From Candidatus Azophilus lithoversatilis (GTDB taxonomy: Bacteria; Pseudomonadota; Gammaproteobacteria; Pseudomonadales; Azotimanducaceae): a DNA stretch of 64,000 bases. A model generated the notes under the pieces. The model made no database searches. It saw only the letters and a program-made list of their open reading frames with translations, and was not told the DNA's origin. The position numbers were made by a program, and so were the translations under genes. Location of the stretch: NCBI GenBank assembly GCA_028278675.1, contig JAQAJJ010000027.1, positions 4,986 to 68,985 of the forward strand. Reading direction: 5' to 3'. Shown piece after piece: positions 53,999 through 63,289 of this stretch; positions within the stretch are counted from its first letter, which is position 1, and every line of letters starts with the position of its first letter.

Positions 53999-55523
53999 CT
54001 TGAACCAAGCCGACCCGCCGCCGGTAGTGGGACTCGAGCAAATCCAGCTTGGCGGCGATGACCCCGGCCTCGGCACGGTCTTCGTTCGAGAACACCAGCC
54101 AGCGATCCCTCTGCCGGTCGTAGCGGGGCCAAGCCACCTCGCCATCGCCGTTGGGGTTGCCGGAGCGGGCGAATTGCACCCAGAACGCCTGCATGCGCGA
54201 TGCCAACGCCCGTTCGGTTGGATCCCCGGATTGAGCGCCCGCAAAAAGGATGGCGGCATCATAGCCGTGGGGCGTGCCGCGCCACTCGCCGCTCTGCTCG
54301 GCAGGCACGAAATCGAGGTAGTAGAGCCACGCCGGGCTATCCACATTGTCCATGCCCGCGCCTGCGACGCGCGCAGCGAGCAGGTAGCGGTTGTCGCCAA
54401 ACATTCGCGCCACGCCCTGCTCAGGGCCCAGCCGATAGTCTTCGGCGTACAAGCGTTCGACCGCCGCCTGCCCGTCCCGATGGTAGCCGACGAATTCGGC
54501 CGCTGATATGCCAGAGGCCGGCATCACCGATCCTTCATTGCTATTGCCGCCCGTGATCAACGGCACGTCGTGCTGGCGTCCCTGGGCAAACATCAAGCCA
54601 GGCTCCTCCGGCAAGGTGCCCCCATCGACCAAGGGCAAGTGAAAACCCTCCACCGCTTCGGCCAGCGCCGCGCCGTCCAACGCCCGCAGGCCGCTCTCGG
54701 TGGCCGGCCCGTCAGCCACTTGGGCGACCAAGCCTTGGGCGATGCCCTCCGCTGACAGTGGCGGCGCGAAGCCCATGCTCAACACGTCCCCCTGGGGAGC
54801 GTGGCGTGTGCGCGGCAGGGCCCAGGTGCCGTAGCCGCTCTGGGCAATGGCGCGGTGGAAGAGACCTTCGGCTTGGGGGCTGACCATCAGCAAGCTCACC
54901 GCCATGCCGCCCGCGGAGACGCCGAAGATCGTCACGTTGCCGGGGTCGCCGCCAAACTGCGCGATGTTGGCCTGCACCCACCGCAGCGCCAGAATCATGT
55001 CCAGCAGGCCGAAGTTCGCCTCGCGGGATTCAAGCGCCTCGTGGCTGAAGAAACCCAGCGGACCGAGACGGTAGTTGAAGGAGACGGTGACGACGCCGCG
55101 GACCGCAAACGTCTCGCCCGCAATCCGCCCCGACCCGGCACGAAATCCGCCACCGTGGATCCAAACCATCACCGGGCGCTTGCCGTCATCAACACCCGGC
55201 GTCCAGACGTTCAAGGTCAGGCAGTCTTCGCTGGCAGCGGCAATGCCTCGCTGCCCGGCCCGCGACTGAGGGCACATGGGGCCATATCCCGATGCCGCCT
55301 TGACGCCCTCGTGGACCGCTGCCGGCTGCGGTGGCCGCCAACGCAGATCGCCGAGCGGCGGACGGGCGTAGGGCAGCCCGAGGAACGTCCAACCCCAATC
55401 CGCCCGGAAGCCGCGAAACTGGCCTTGCTCGGTGGTGACCACTGCCGCCGCGGCGGTGCCGGAGAAAAAGGCCAAAAGCCCAGCATAGACAAAACCGCGG
55501 ATCAGTTGCTCCAAACGCGACAT
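53988..55523 (-). CDS. Type B carboxylesterase/lipase family protein, secreted
   Basis: ~511 aa with a signal-like N-terminus. Oxyanion region VWIHGGGF and nucleophile elbow GDPGNVTIFGVSAGG. Confidence 0.9.
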   Translation of the reverse strand: MSRLEQLIRGFVYAGLLAFFSGTAAAAVVTTEQGQFRGFRADWGWTFLGLPYARPPLGDLRWRPPQPAAVHEGVKAASGYGPMCPQSRAGQRGIAAASEDCLTLNVWTPGVDDGKRPVMVWIHGGGFRAGSGRIAGETFAVRGVVTVSFNYRLGPLGFFSHEALESREANFGLLDMILALRWVQANIAQFGGDPGNVTIFGVSAGGMAVSLLMVSPQAEGLFHRAIAQSGYGTWALPRTRHAPQGDVLSMGFAPPLSAEGIAQGLVAQVADGPATESGLRALDGAALAEAVEGFHLPLVDGGTLPEEPGLMFAQGRQHDVPLITGGNSNEGSVMPASGISAAEFVGYHRDGQAAVERLYAEDYRLGPEQGVARMFGDNRYLLAARVAGAGMDNVDSPAWLYYLDFVPAEQSGEWRGTPHGYDAAILFAGAQSGDPTERALASRMQAFWVQFARSGNPNGDGEVAWPRYDRQRDRWLVFSNEDRAEAGVIAAKLDLLESHYRRRVGLVQDGR

Positions 55524-56010
55524 CAAAACTCCCCTTCCACGAAGCTCCCCTGGCTAAACACGAGGGCGGGATGCCCGGCCGGGGGACCCCGCCTGGCGCT
55601 AGGACATCTCGCCCGTGTGCGGAACCGCCTTGATTCAAAACGAAAAATAGACTCGAACAAAGCCCGGCCCGAGGAAATCCCGCCCTTGCTCCGTCGAGAG
55701 TTGAAGGCAGCTCCCTGCGCACCTGCGCAGTCAGTGCATTGGCGGTTGTTCCTTGAATGTCGCCAAGACTCCACAAGCGCTGAGAGCATGGCCATTTGCG
55801 CGGCGGGATGCAACTCGGTCACGAGGCGATCCCAGTGTCGTTCCAATTGCCTTTCGCGCATTCGCGGGATCTGGCCCTGTAGTTCACCGACATCGGAATC
55901 GGCAGCCGGCCCAGCGCCTTCGCCCGGACACGGCACATCGTGGCACATCGGGGCTGGCGCCAGCGGACGTGCGCCGCTAGAGTGGCATTTTTTGGGGGAG
56001 CGTTGATTCC

Positions 56011-56946
56011 ATGAAGCTATCGGTTGAGTTTCCGAGCGTCGCCTACCGGGAAGGACCGGCGGCGGTGGCTCGGTTGGCGCGAGCCATCGAGGAGATCGGC
56101 TTCGACCAGCTCGACATCTTTGACCATGTGGTGATGGGCTACCCGACACAAGGCCGCGCCGCGCCCATCTACCCGCCGAAAATGCCAATCATGGAAGCGT
56201 TGATGACGCTCGCCTACGCCGCCGCGGTCACTGAGCGCATCGGCCTCGGCACGGAAGTGCTGGTGCTGCCCCAGCGGGAACCGGTGCTGGTCGCCAAACA
56301 GCTCGCCACCCTGGACACGCTCTCCGGCGGCCGCGCCCGACTGGGTGTGGGGGTCGGCTGGCAGGCATCGGAGTACCAGGCATTGGGGGAGGACTTCAGC
56401 AACCGGGGCCGGCGCATGGACGAGGCCATCAAGCTGATTCGCGCCTACTGGACCGAAGGACGGATCGACTTCCAAGGCGAGTTCTACCAAGCCGACGCCA
56501 TGGCCATGGAGCCCAAGCCTCCCCAAGGCGGCAAGCTGCCCATCTGGGTCGGGGGCGGCGCGCCACAAGCGCTCAAGCGTGTTGGCGAACTGGCGGACGG
56601 TTGGCTCGCGCCCGCCATTGAAGCACCCGAACAAGCGGCGCGCATGATCGAGACCATCCGTCGGCACGCCGAGGCGGCGGGCCGCGACCCAGCCGGCATC
56701 GGCCGGCAGATGATGCTCGGCATGCCGCCCCGGGACGATGCCGGCAGAGGCTTCTACGGCGATGCCGGTCAAGTCGTGCAACGGGCCAACGTCGTCGCCG
56801 AGATGGGCTTCGAGTGGATCGCGCTCAACGCCACGGCCATCTTTCAGGCGGGGTTTCGCAGCGTCGATGCGATGATCGACAAGCTTGGCGAGCTGCATGG
56901 CGCCATTCGCGCCGAAGTCGGCACCTCGCCGCAGGCCGCGGCCTGA
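56011..56946 (+). CDS. Luciferase-like (LLM) oxidoreductase, resembles the F420-dependent subgroup
   Basis: 311 aa, similar in layout to the 19661..20497 product (RARLGVGVGW, LPIWVGGGAPQALKR). Confidence 0.75.
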   Translation: MKLSVEFPSVAYREGPAAVARLARAIEEIGFDQLDIFDHVVMGYPTQGRAAPIYPPKMPIMEALMTLAYAAAVTERIGLGTEVLVLPQREPVLVAKQLATLDTLSGGRARLGVGVGWQASEYQALGEDFSNRGRRMDEAIKLIRAYWTEGRIDFQGEFYQADAMAMEPKPPQGGKLPIWVGGGAPQALKRVGELADGWLAPAIEAPEQAARMIETIRRHAEAAGRDPAGIGRQMMLGMPPRDDAGRGFYGDAGQVVQRANVVAEMGFEWIALNATAIFQAGFRSVDAMIDKLGELHGAIRAEVGTSPQAAA

Positions 56947-56950
56947 GATC

Positions 56951-57265
56951 ATGGACGGGCAAAGCAATCCCGACGCCAACCATCAGCGCTATTGGCGCGC
57001 CAACCTGAAGCTGATGGGCATCCTGCTGGCGGTCTGGTTCATCGTTTCCTTCGGCTTCGGCATCCTGCTGGTCGAACCCCTCAACCAGATTCAATTCTTC
57101 GGCTTCAAGTTCGGCTTCTGGTGGGCCCAGCAAGGCAGCATCTACGTCTTTGTCGCACTGATCTTCATCTACGCCGCGGCCATGCGCCGCATCGACCGCA
57201 AGCACGGCGTCAGCGACAACGTCACCGGCGATGCCGGCGACGGCGACCCATCCGGAGCCGACTGA
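56951..57265 (+). CDS. DUF4212 small membrane protein (putative solute:sodium symporter small subunit)
   Basis: From ATG 56951. YWRANLKLMGILLAVWFIVSFGFGILL...FGFKFGFWWAQQGSIYVFV is typical of DUF4212. It sits immediately upstream of an SSS transporter gene. Confidence 0.8.
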   Translation: MDGQSNPDANHQRYWRANLKLMGILLAVWFIVSFGFGILLVEPLNQIQFFGFKFGFWWAQQGSIYVFVALIFIYAAAMRRIDRKHGVSDNVTGDAGDGDPSGAD

Positions 57266-57269
57266 CGCC

Positions 57270-59045
57270 ATGGACGTGCAGGCCCTGACCTATCTGTTCG
57301 TCATCGGCAGCTTCGCCCTCTACATCGGCATCGCCATCTGGTCGCGGGCCGCCTCCACCGGGGAGTTCTACGTCGCCGGGGGCGGTGTGCATCCCGTCGC
57401 CAACGGCATGGCCACCGCCGCCGACTGGATGAGCGCCGCCTCGTTCATCTCCATGGCCGGCATCATCGCCTTCATGGGCTACGACGGCGCGGTTTACCTG
57501 ATGGGGTGGACCGGGGGCTACGTGCTGCTCGCCCTGCTGCTGGCACCCTATCTGCGCAAGTTCGGCGAGTTCACCGTGCCGGACTTCATCGGCGCCCGCT
57601 ACTACTCCAACGCCGCCCGGGTGGTGGCGGTGGTTTGCCTGATCGTGGTGTCGTTCACTTACGTCGCCGGACAGATGCGCGGCGTCGGCATCGTCTTCAG
57701 CCACTTCCTCAACGTCCACATCGTCTGGGGCGTATTGATCGGCATGGCGGTGGTGTTCTTCTACGCGGTGCTTGGCGGCATGAAAGGCATCACCTACACC
57801 CAGGTCGCCCAGTACTGCGTCCTGATCTTCGCCTACCTCGTGCCCGCGATCTTCATCTCGCTGCTGATCACCGGCATCCCCATCCCGCAAATCGGCCTCG
57901 GCGCCGCCGTCAACGACGGCAGCGGGCTGATGGTGCTCGAAAGGCTCGACCGCACCTTGGTGGATCTGGGCTTCGGCGCCTACACCGATGGCAGCAAGTC
58001 GATGATCGACGTGTTCGCCATCACCTTAGCGCTGATGATCGGCACCGCCGGGCTGCCGCATGTGATCGTGCGCTTCTTCACGGTGCCCAAGGTCTCGGAC
58101 GCCCGGCGCTCGGCGGGCTATGCCCTGCTGTTCATCGCCCTGCTCTACACCACCGCGCCGGCGGTGGGCGCTTTCGCCCGCCTGAACTTCATCGACACGG
58201 TGCAGGACGCGCCCTACGCCGAGGTGGCCGACTGGTTCAAGCGCTGGGAGGACATCGGGCTCGTGGGCTGGCAGGACAAGAACGCCGACGGGGCCATTCA
58301 GTACGCGCCCGGCGTGCCCTTCGACGGCCCGCCCGTCTTCACCGGCGAGCGCGGCGAACAAGGCCAACGGGCATTGGCCAACCCACCGAGCGCAAGCGCC
58401 AACGAGGTCTATGTGGACCGCGACATCATGGTGCTGGCCAACCCGGAAATCGCCGCCCTGCCGGGTTGGGTGATCGCCCTGGTTGCGGCGGGCGGCTTGG
58501 CGGCGGCGCTTTCCACCGCCGCCGGGTTGCTGCTGGTGATCTCCGCCTCGGTCTCCCACGATCTGATGAAGAAAACCTTGGCCCGCGGCATCAGCGACCG
58601 CCAGGAGCTGCGCTACGCCCGCATCGCCGCCGCCACCGCCATCGTCATCGCGGGGTATCTAGGCATCAATCCACCGGCCTTCGTCGCCCAGGTGGTGGCC
58701 TTCGCCTTCGGCCTGGCCGCGGCCTCGCTGTTTCCAGCCATCCTGCTCGGCATCTTTTCCCTGCGCGCCACCAAGGAAGGCGCCATCGCCGGCATGTTGG
58801 CGGGCCTCGTCTTCACCTTCGGCTACATTGCCTACTTCAAGTTCATTGAACCGGGGCAGAACAACGCCGACCACTGGTGGTTCGGCGTCTCTCCGGAGGG
58901 CATCGGCGCTCTGGGCGCCGCCCTGAACTTCGCAACCGCCCTGACCGTCAGCCGCTTCGCGCCCGCCGTGCCTGAGCAGGTCAAGGCGTTAGTCGCCTCC
59001 ATCCGGGTGCCCGCCGGGGTGGAGCGGCCCCACGACCACCCATGA
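57270..59045 (+). CDS. Sodium:solute symporter (SSS) family transporter, ActP/VC_2705-like
   Basis: From ATG 57270, ~591 aa and polytopic. FYVAGGGVHPVANGMATAADWMSAASFISMAGIIAF is the SSS N-terminal signature. Confidence 0.88.
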   Translation: MDVQALTYLFVIGSFALYIGIAIWSRAASTGEFYVAGGGVHPVANGMATAADWMSAASFISMAGIIAFMGYDGAVYLMGWTGGYVLLALLLAPYLRKFGEFTVPDFIGARYYSNAARVVAVVCLIVVSFTYVAGQMRGVGIVFSHFLNVHIVWGVLIGMAVVFFYAVLGGMKGITYTQVAQYCVLIFAYLVPAIFISLLITGIPIPQIGLGAAVNDGSGLMVLERLDRTLVDLGFGAYTDGSKSMIDVFAITLALMIGTAGLPHVIVRFFTVPKVSDARRSAGYALLFIALLYTTAPAVGAFARLNFIDTVQDAPYAEVADWFKRWEDIGLVGWQDKNADGAIQYAPGVPFDGPPVFTGERGEQGQRALANPPSASANEVYVDRDIMVLANPEIAALPGWVIALVAAGGLAAALSTAAGLLLVISASVSHDLMKKTLARGISDRQELRYARIAAATAIVIAGYLGINPPAFVAQVVAFAFGLAAASLFPAILLGIFSLRATKEGAIAGMLAGLVFTFGYIAYFKFIEPGQNNADHWWFGVSPEGIGALGAALNFATALTVSRFAPAVPEQVKALVASIRVPAGVERPHDHP

Positions 59046-59521
59046 ACGCACAGCGCATCAAAGCCCACCTTGAATTGCTGACCCCCTTCGTCGGGCGCGA
59101 AATCGGGGTGTCGCCCTGGGTGAGCATCGACCAGGAGCGAATCGATGCGCACGCCCGCAACACTGGCGATGACGCCTGGATCCATACCGACCCGGCCCGA
59201 GCGGCCCGGGAAACCCCCTTCGGCTGCACCATTGCGCAGAACTTCCTGCTGATGTCGCTGCTGACCGACATGGCCCAAGCCACCAACCTGCCCATGGACG
59301 GCGTGGCCTACCGCACCAGCTACGGCTTCGATCGGCTGCGCATCGTGCAGCCCGTGCCGGTGGGCCGCCGGGTGCGGGGACGGTTTGAATTGAGGAAAGT
59401 CGAGGCCAAGGGGCATCATGGCGTCTTGGTTCGCTTGGACGCCTCAATCGAAATCGAGGACGATGATTTGGCGCCCGCGCTGGCCGCGGAGTGGCTGATC
59501 TATCGGCGGCTGGAGGATTGA
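59042..59521 (+). CDS. MaoC-like (R-specific enoyl-CoA hydratase / hot-dog fold) dehydratase
   Basis: 159 aa. WVSIDQERIDAHARNTGDDAWIHTDPARAARETPFGCTIAQNFLLMSL matches the MaoC dehydratase motif region. Its ATGA overlaps the upstream gene. Confidence 0.75.
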   Translation: MNAQRIKAHLELLTPFVGREIGVSPWVSIDQERIDAHARNTGDDAWIHTDPARAARETPFGCTIAQNFLLMSLLTDMAQATNLPMDGVAYRTSYGFDRLRIVQPVPVGRRVRGRFELRKVEAKGHHGVLVRLDASIEIEDDDLAPALAAEWLIYRRLED

Positions 59522-59528
59522 GCATCCC

Positions 59529-60413
59529 TTGAGCGAACGCATCCTCCAGGCCAACGGCATCACCCTCTGGACGGAGAGCTTCGGCGACCCCAACGGCGTT
59601 CCCCTGCTGCTGATCATGGGCGCGAGCGCCCAAGGCCTCTACTGGCCAGACGGCCTTGTTCAGCGGCTGGTGGACCAGGGCCGCTTCGTCATCCGTTACG
59701 ACAACCGCGACACCGGGCAGTCCACCTGCTTCGACTTCGCCGAAAATCCCTACACGCTGGACGACATGACCAAGGACGCGGTGGGCGTTCTGGACGGCTA
59801 TGGGCTGGAATCCGCCCATGCGGCGGGCACCTCCATGGGCGGCATGATCGTCCAGCTGCTGGCCATCAATCACCGGCCACGCTTGCGATCAGCCACCATC
59901 ATCATGTCTACGGCGATGGCCAGCAATCCCGATGAGCCGGACATGGGCGGCGGAGACTTGCCGCCACCTGATCCCAACTGGCTGGCCAGAGTCCTCGACA
60001 TCATCGCCTCGCCAGCCCAAACCCGGGAGCAGCGAATACAACTGCGCATCGACCTCTTTCGGCAGATGGCCGGCTCCATCGAGCCATTCAATGAGGCGCG
60101 CCAACGGGACATCGCCACCCGCGAAGTGGACCGCGCCCTGAACTTTGACGCCATGAACAACCACATCCCCGCCATCATGGCCTCAAGCCCCAGGGATCGG
60201 CGCCCGCTGCTGGCCAAGCTCGACATCCCCACTCTGGTCGTGCACGGCACCGAAGACCGCAACCTACCCTACCCCCACGGCGTGGCGCTCGCCGAGGCCA
60301 TTCCGGGTGCGGAACTGATGGCGCTGGAGGGCGCCGGGCACGAGATGCCGAACTGCTACCTGGACGAGATGGTGTTGCGCATGGTGGCGATGCAGGATGC
60401 CGTTGCCCCATGA
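59529..60413 (+). CDS. Alpha/beta-fold hydrolase
   Basis: 294 aa with a TTG start. It has the nucleophile elbow HAAGTSMGG, a late HGTEDRNLPY segment and a GAGHEMP catalytic His region. Confidence 0.85.
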   Translation: MSERILQANGITLWTESFGDPNGVPLLLIMGASAQGLYWPDGLVQRLVDQGRFVIRYDNRDTGQSTCFDFAENPYTLDDMTKDAVGVLDGYGLESAHAAGTSMGGMIVQLLAINHRPRLRSATIIMSTAMASNPDEPDMGGGDLPPPDPNWLARVLDIIASPAQTREQRIQLRIDLFRQMAGSIEPFNEARQRDIATREVDRALNFDAMNNHIPAIMASSPRDRRPLLAKLDIPTLVVHGTEDRNLPYPHGVALAEAIPGAELMALEGAGHEMPNCYLDEMVLRMVAMQDAVAP

Positions 60414-60540
60414 CCGAGCGCCCAAAGCCGCCGCCGCCTCCGCCAGCCGACGCCGAATTCGGCGCGGCCCGACACCGGGCTTGGACCGGGGAGTTGATTT
60501 CGTTCAATATCGGTTGCCCATCGACCGATGCGAATGAACC

Positions 60541-61377
60541 ATGGCTGACCTCAATCCCCTAGCCGGAACGCCGTTCGGCGACATGCTGGTGCTCTGCCTG
60601 GTGCTGGCGGCGCTGTGCTGGCTTTCCTCCGTGCTGACCCGTGAATACTCTTGGGTGGACCGCGTTTGGTCCATTGCGCCACCCATCTACTGCCTGTGGG
60701 TGGCTGGGGCGGCGGACTTCGACTCGGCCAGGCTGAACCTGATGGCCGGGCTCGTCACCCTCTGGGGCGTGCGCCTGACCTTCAACTTCGCTCGCAAGGG
60801 CGGCTACCAGAAGGGCGGCGAGGACTACCGCTGGGCGACGGTCAGGGAGCGCGTCGGTCCGGTAGGCATTCAGGTGCTCAACGCCACCTTCATCGCGCCA
60901 GGGCAGATGCTCCTGATCTGGCTGTTCTGCGCTCCAATCCACAGCGCCTGGCTGTGGTTGGAGGCACCGTTCACTTGGATGGATGCCGCGTTGGCGGCGC
61001 TGTTCCTCGCCTTCCTCATCGGCGAGACCGTTGCCGATGAGCAGATGTGGGCGTTCCAGCAGGACAAGAGGCGCAAACTGCAAAACGGCGAGGAAGCCGA
61101 GCCTTTCCTGCGCACCGGCCTGTACCGCTACAGCCGCCACCCCAACTACTTCTGCGAACTCGGCATGTGGTGGACGCTCTACTTCTTCGCCGTCACCGCG
61201 TCAGGGGAATGGCTGCACTGGACCGGCTGGGGATTCATATTGCTGACCCTGCTCTTCCACAGCTCAACAAATCTGGCGGAGACCATTTCCAGCGGCAAGT
61301 ACCCCAGCTACCGGGACTACCAAGCGAACGTGCCGAGGCTGATCCCCATTCGGTTTGGGCGGGCGTCGGCCTCTTAG
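60541..61377 (+). CDS. DUF1295 / steroid 5-alpha-reductase-like membrane protein
   Basis: 278 aa and polytopic. GLYRYSRHPNYFCELGMWW is the conserved C-terminal motif of this family. Confidence 0.7.
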   Translation: MADLNPLAGTPFGDMLVLCLVLAALCWLSSVLTREYSWVDRVWSIAPPIYCLWVAGAADFDSARLNLMAGLVTLWGVRLTFNFARKGGYQKGGEDYRWATVRERVGPVGIQVLNATFIAPGQMLLIWLFCAPIHSAWLWLEAPFTWMDAALAALFLAFLIGETVADEQMWAFQQDKRRKLQNGEEAEPFLRTGLYRYSRHPNYFCELGMWWTLYFFAVTASGEWLHWTGWGFILLTLLFHSSTNLAETISSGKYPSYRDYQANVPRLIPIRFGRASAS

Positions 61378-61619
61378 GGAGCCAGCCGGATCGCCTCCAG
61401 CCTGCTCGATGTGACGCGCAGCAACATCGTCTGCGACTGTGACTGATCGAAGAGATGCCGGTTCAGCTCGTAGAGCTCCGGCACGAGCTCGTGAATCTTG
61501 AGGAGCAGATCGGGCTCTAAAGCCGCTTCCGCCGCCAGCCCGGGAACGTCCGTGTCCGAGACGTACCAAACGCCTGCCTCGTCGTCACGGGAGATCTCCG
61601 CGTAGCACATGTGAGTCAT
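61374..61619 (-). CDS. DUF1902 domain protein (HicB-like antitoxin-type fold), no partner gene seen
   Basis: From ATG 61619: MTHMCYAEISRDDEAGVWYVSDTDVPGLAAEAALEPDLLLKIHELVPELYELN matches the DUF1902 pattern as I recall it. Its stop overlaps the convergent DUF1295 stop (TTAG, 61374-61377). Confidence 0.6.
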   Translation of the reverse strand: MTHMCYAEISRDDEAGVWYVSDTDVPGLAAEAALEPDLLLKIHELVPELYELNRHLFDQSQSQTMLLRVTSSRLEAIRLAP

Positions 61620-61802
61620 GCTGGCACCCGCCGCCAATCTGCCGTCCGCTGGGAATTGTGCCTTCCCACCTCGGCTGTGGCTATCGTTCCGCAAAACGCC
61701 TGCCACCAGCTGCCCCTCCCGGTCGAACCGCAGGGACGCAAGCATGATTCACAACTACCATATTTTGTCGCATTAACATGCCTTTTTCGGTAAGTTATTG
61801 CT

Positions 61803-62438
61803 ATGAAATTTTCCGAACTAGTGCATCTGGTCGCCGATGAGCCCGTCTTCGAGACGGGAATGCTGCTTGTCGGCGGCGTTGATGCGGTCAATCTTCGGCG
61901 TCAGCTTTCCCGTTGGACGCGCAACGGACGGCTGCTCCAGTTGCGGAGAGGGCTTTATGCGCTCGCGCCCCCTTGGCAAAAGTGCAGGCCGCATCCCTTC
62001 CTGGTGGCAAACCGGCTTGCGCCCGGCTCCTACGTCAGCGGCCACTCAGCGCTCGCGCACTGGCAGGTCATTCCAGAGTTCGTCGCCGAAGTCACCAGCT
62101 GCGCCGGTGGGCGGCCGCGCCTGTACCACACGCCGCTGGGGCGATTCGGCTTTCGCCACTTGAAGCCCGGACGGCGCTTCGGCTACCAGCGCGTTGCGCT
62201 CGGGGACAATCAACATGCCTTTCTTGCGGAACCGGAGAAGGCGCTGCTCGATCTGGTCTACTTCGCACCCGACGGCGACAACCCGGCCTATCTGAAGGAA
62301 CTGCGCCTCAGTTTCGACGCGTTGAGCCTGGACCGCCTCGAGGCGTTCGCCCAACTCAGCCAATCGCCCAAACTGGTGCGAGCCACCACCCAACTGCACA
62401 AGCTGGCCACCAACGCCCCGGCCTACGAAGCCCTATGA
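61803..62438 (+). CDS. abiEi: AbiEi-family antitoxin / transcriptional regulator (type IV toxin-antitoxin)
   Basis: 211 aa. The N-terminal winged-helix-like segment LRRQLSRWTRNGRLLQLRRGLYAL and the C-terminal LAEPEKALLDLVYF are typical of AbiEi. An ATGA overlap links it to the downstream toxin gene. An AT-rich promoter region lies upstream. Confidence 0.8.
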   Translation: MKFSELVHLVADEPVFETGMLLVGGVDAVNLRRQLSRWTRNGRLLQLRRGLYALAPPWQKCRPHPFLVANRLAPGSYVSGHSALAHWQVIPEFVAEVTSCAGGRPRLYHTPLGRFGFRHLKPGRRFGYQRVALGDNQHAFLAEPEKALLDLVYFAPDGDNPAYLKELRLSFDALSLDRLEAFAQLSQSPKLVRATTQLHKLATNAPAYEAL

Positions 62439-63235
62439 AGGAGCATCTCAAGCAGCTGGTGTCCGAAAGCCCGCCCCTGCACGGACGAAACGTGGCGCGT
62501 GAATACCTACAAGGCCAAATTCTAGGAGCGCTTCAACATGCTGGGGCCATGAACTCTCTGGCATTTCAAGGCGGAACCTGCTTGCGATTCGTTTTCGCCC
62601 TGCCGCGCTATTCCGAAGATCTGGATTTCGCTTTGGAGGGCGATCGCTCGACCTATGACTTGCGAAACTACCTGAAAGCCGTGCGTTCGGTGCTGAATGC
62701 CGAGAACTACGACACCGAGCTGCGCGTGTGGGATGAGAAAACGGTGCATCGAGGATTGGTGCGATTTCCCGGCATCCTCCATGAACTTGGCCTGTCACCC
62801 CATCGATCGGAGTCGCTGGCCATTCGAATCGAGGTCGATACCCAGCCACCAAAGGGGGCTGGCACGGACGTCCACTTAGTGAGGCGTCACATCGCGCTTC
62901 GATTGCACTGCCATGATCGGTCCTCTCTGTTGGCGGGCAAGCTGCACGCGGTGCTGCACAGACCCTATCCCAAGGGGCGCGATTGGTTCGATCTCATCTG
63001 GTATCTCAGCGCCCCGGAGTGGCCGGCCCCCAATCTGGCCCTCTTGAACGCTGCGCTGGAACAAACCGGATGGCCGGGCGACGCCCTTGAGCCACAGACC
63101 TGGCGGGTGGCGGTTCACCAAAGGCTGGAGTCGCTCGACTGGGCGCCCATTGAAGCCGATGTGCTTCCATTCCTGGAACGGCAGTTCGACGTCGAGTTGG
63201 TCAGCAAAGACAACGTGGCGCAGCTGTTGCGGTAG
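62435..63235 (+). CDS. abiEii: AbiEii/AbiGii-family nucleotidyltransferase toxin (type IV toxin-antitoxin)
   Basis: From ATG 62435 (inside track ORF 61913..63235), 266 aa. AFQGGTCLRFVFALPRYSEDLDF is the nucleotidyltransferase GG...DLDF core of AbiEii. Confidence 0.8.
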   Translation: MKEHLKQLVSESPPLHGRNVAREYLQGQILGALQHAGAMNSLAFQGGTCLRFVFALPRYSEDLDFALEGDRSTYDLRNYLKAVRSVLNAENYDTELRVWDEKTVHRGLVRFPGILHELGLSPHRSESLAIRIEVDTQPPKGAGTDVHLVRRHIALRLHCHDRSSLLAGKLHAVLHRPYPKGRDWFDLIWYLSAPEWPAPNLALLNAALEQTGWPGDALEPQTWRVAVHQRLESLDWAPIEADVLPFLERQFDVELVSKDNVAQLLR

Positions 63236-63289
63236 ACGGCATCAGGGAAGGCTCAGCGCATGCAGGCGCCCGCTGGCGTTGGCGGTGCA

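Noticed and set aside
55523-56188. 221-aa minus-strand ORF spanning the 485-bp esterase/LLM intergenic region
   Set aside because: Its 5' part is antisense to the LLM gene. The remainder is Arg/Cys/Ser-rich with no motif or Shine-Dalgarno. The region is more likely regulatory DNA, but a small gene cannot be excluded.
61620-61745. Possible hicA toxin remnant in the N-terminal extension of track ORF 61374..61745
   Set aside because: The 42 extra codons (MLASLRFDREGQLVAGVLRNDSHSRGGK…) do not match the HicA pattern convincingly. The DUF1902 domain begins at the internal ATG 61619.
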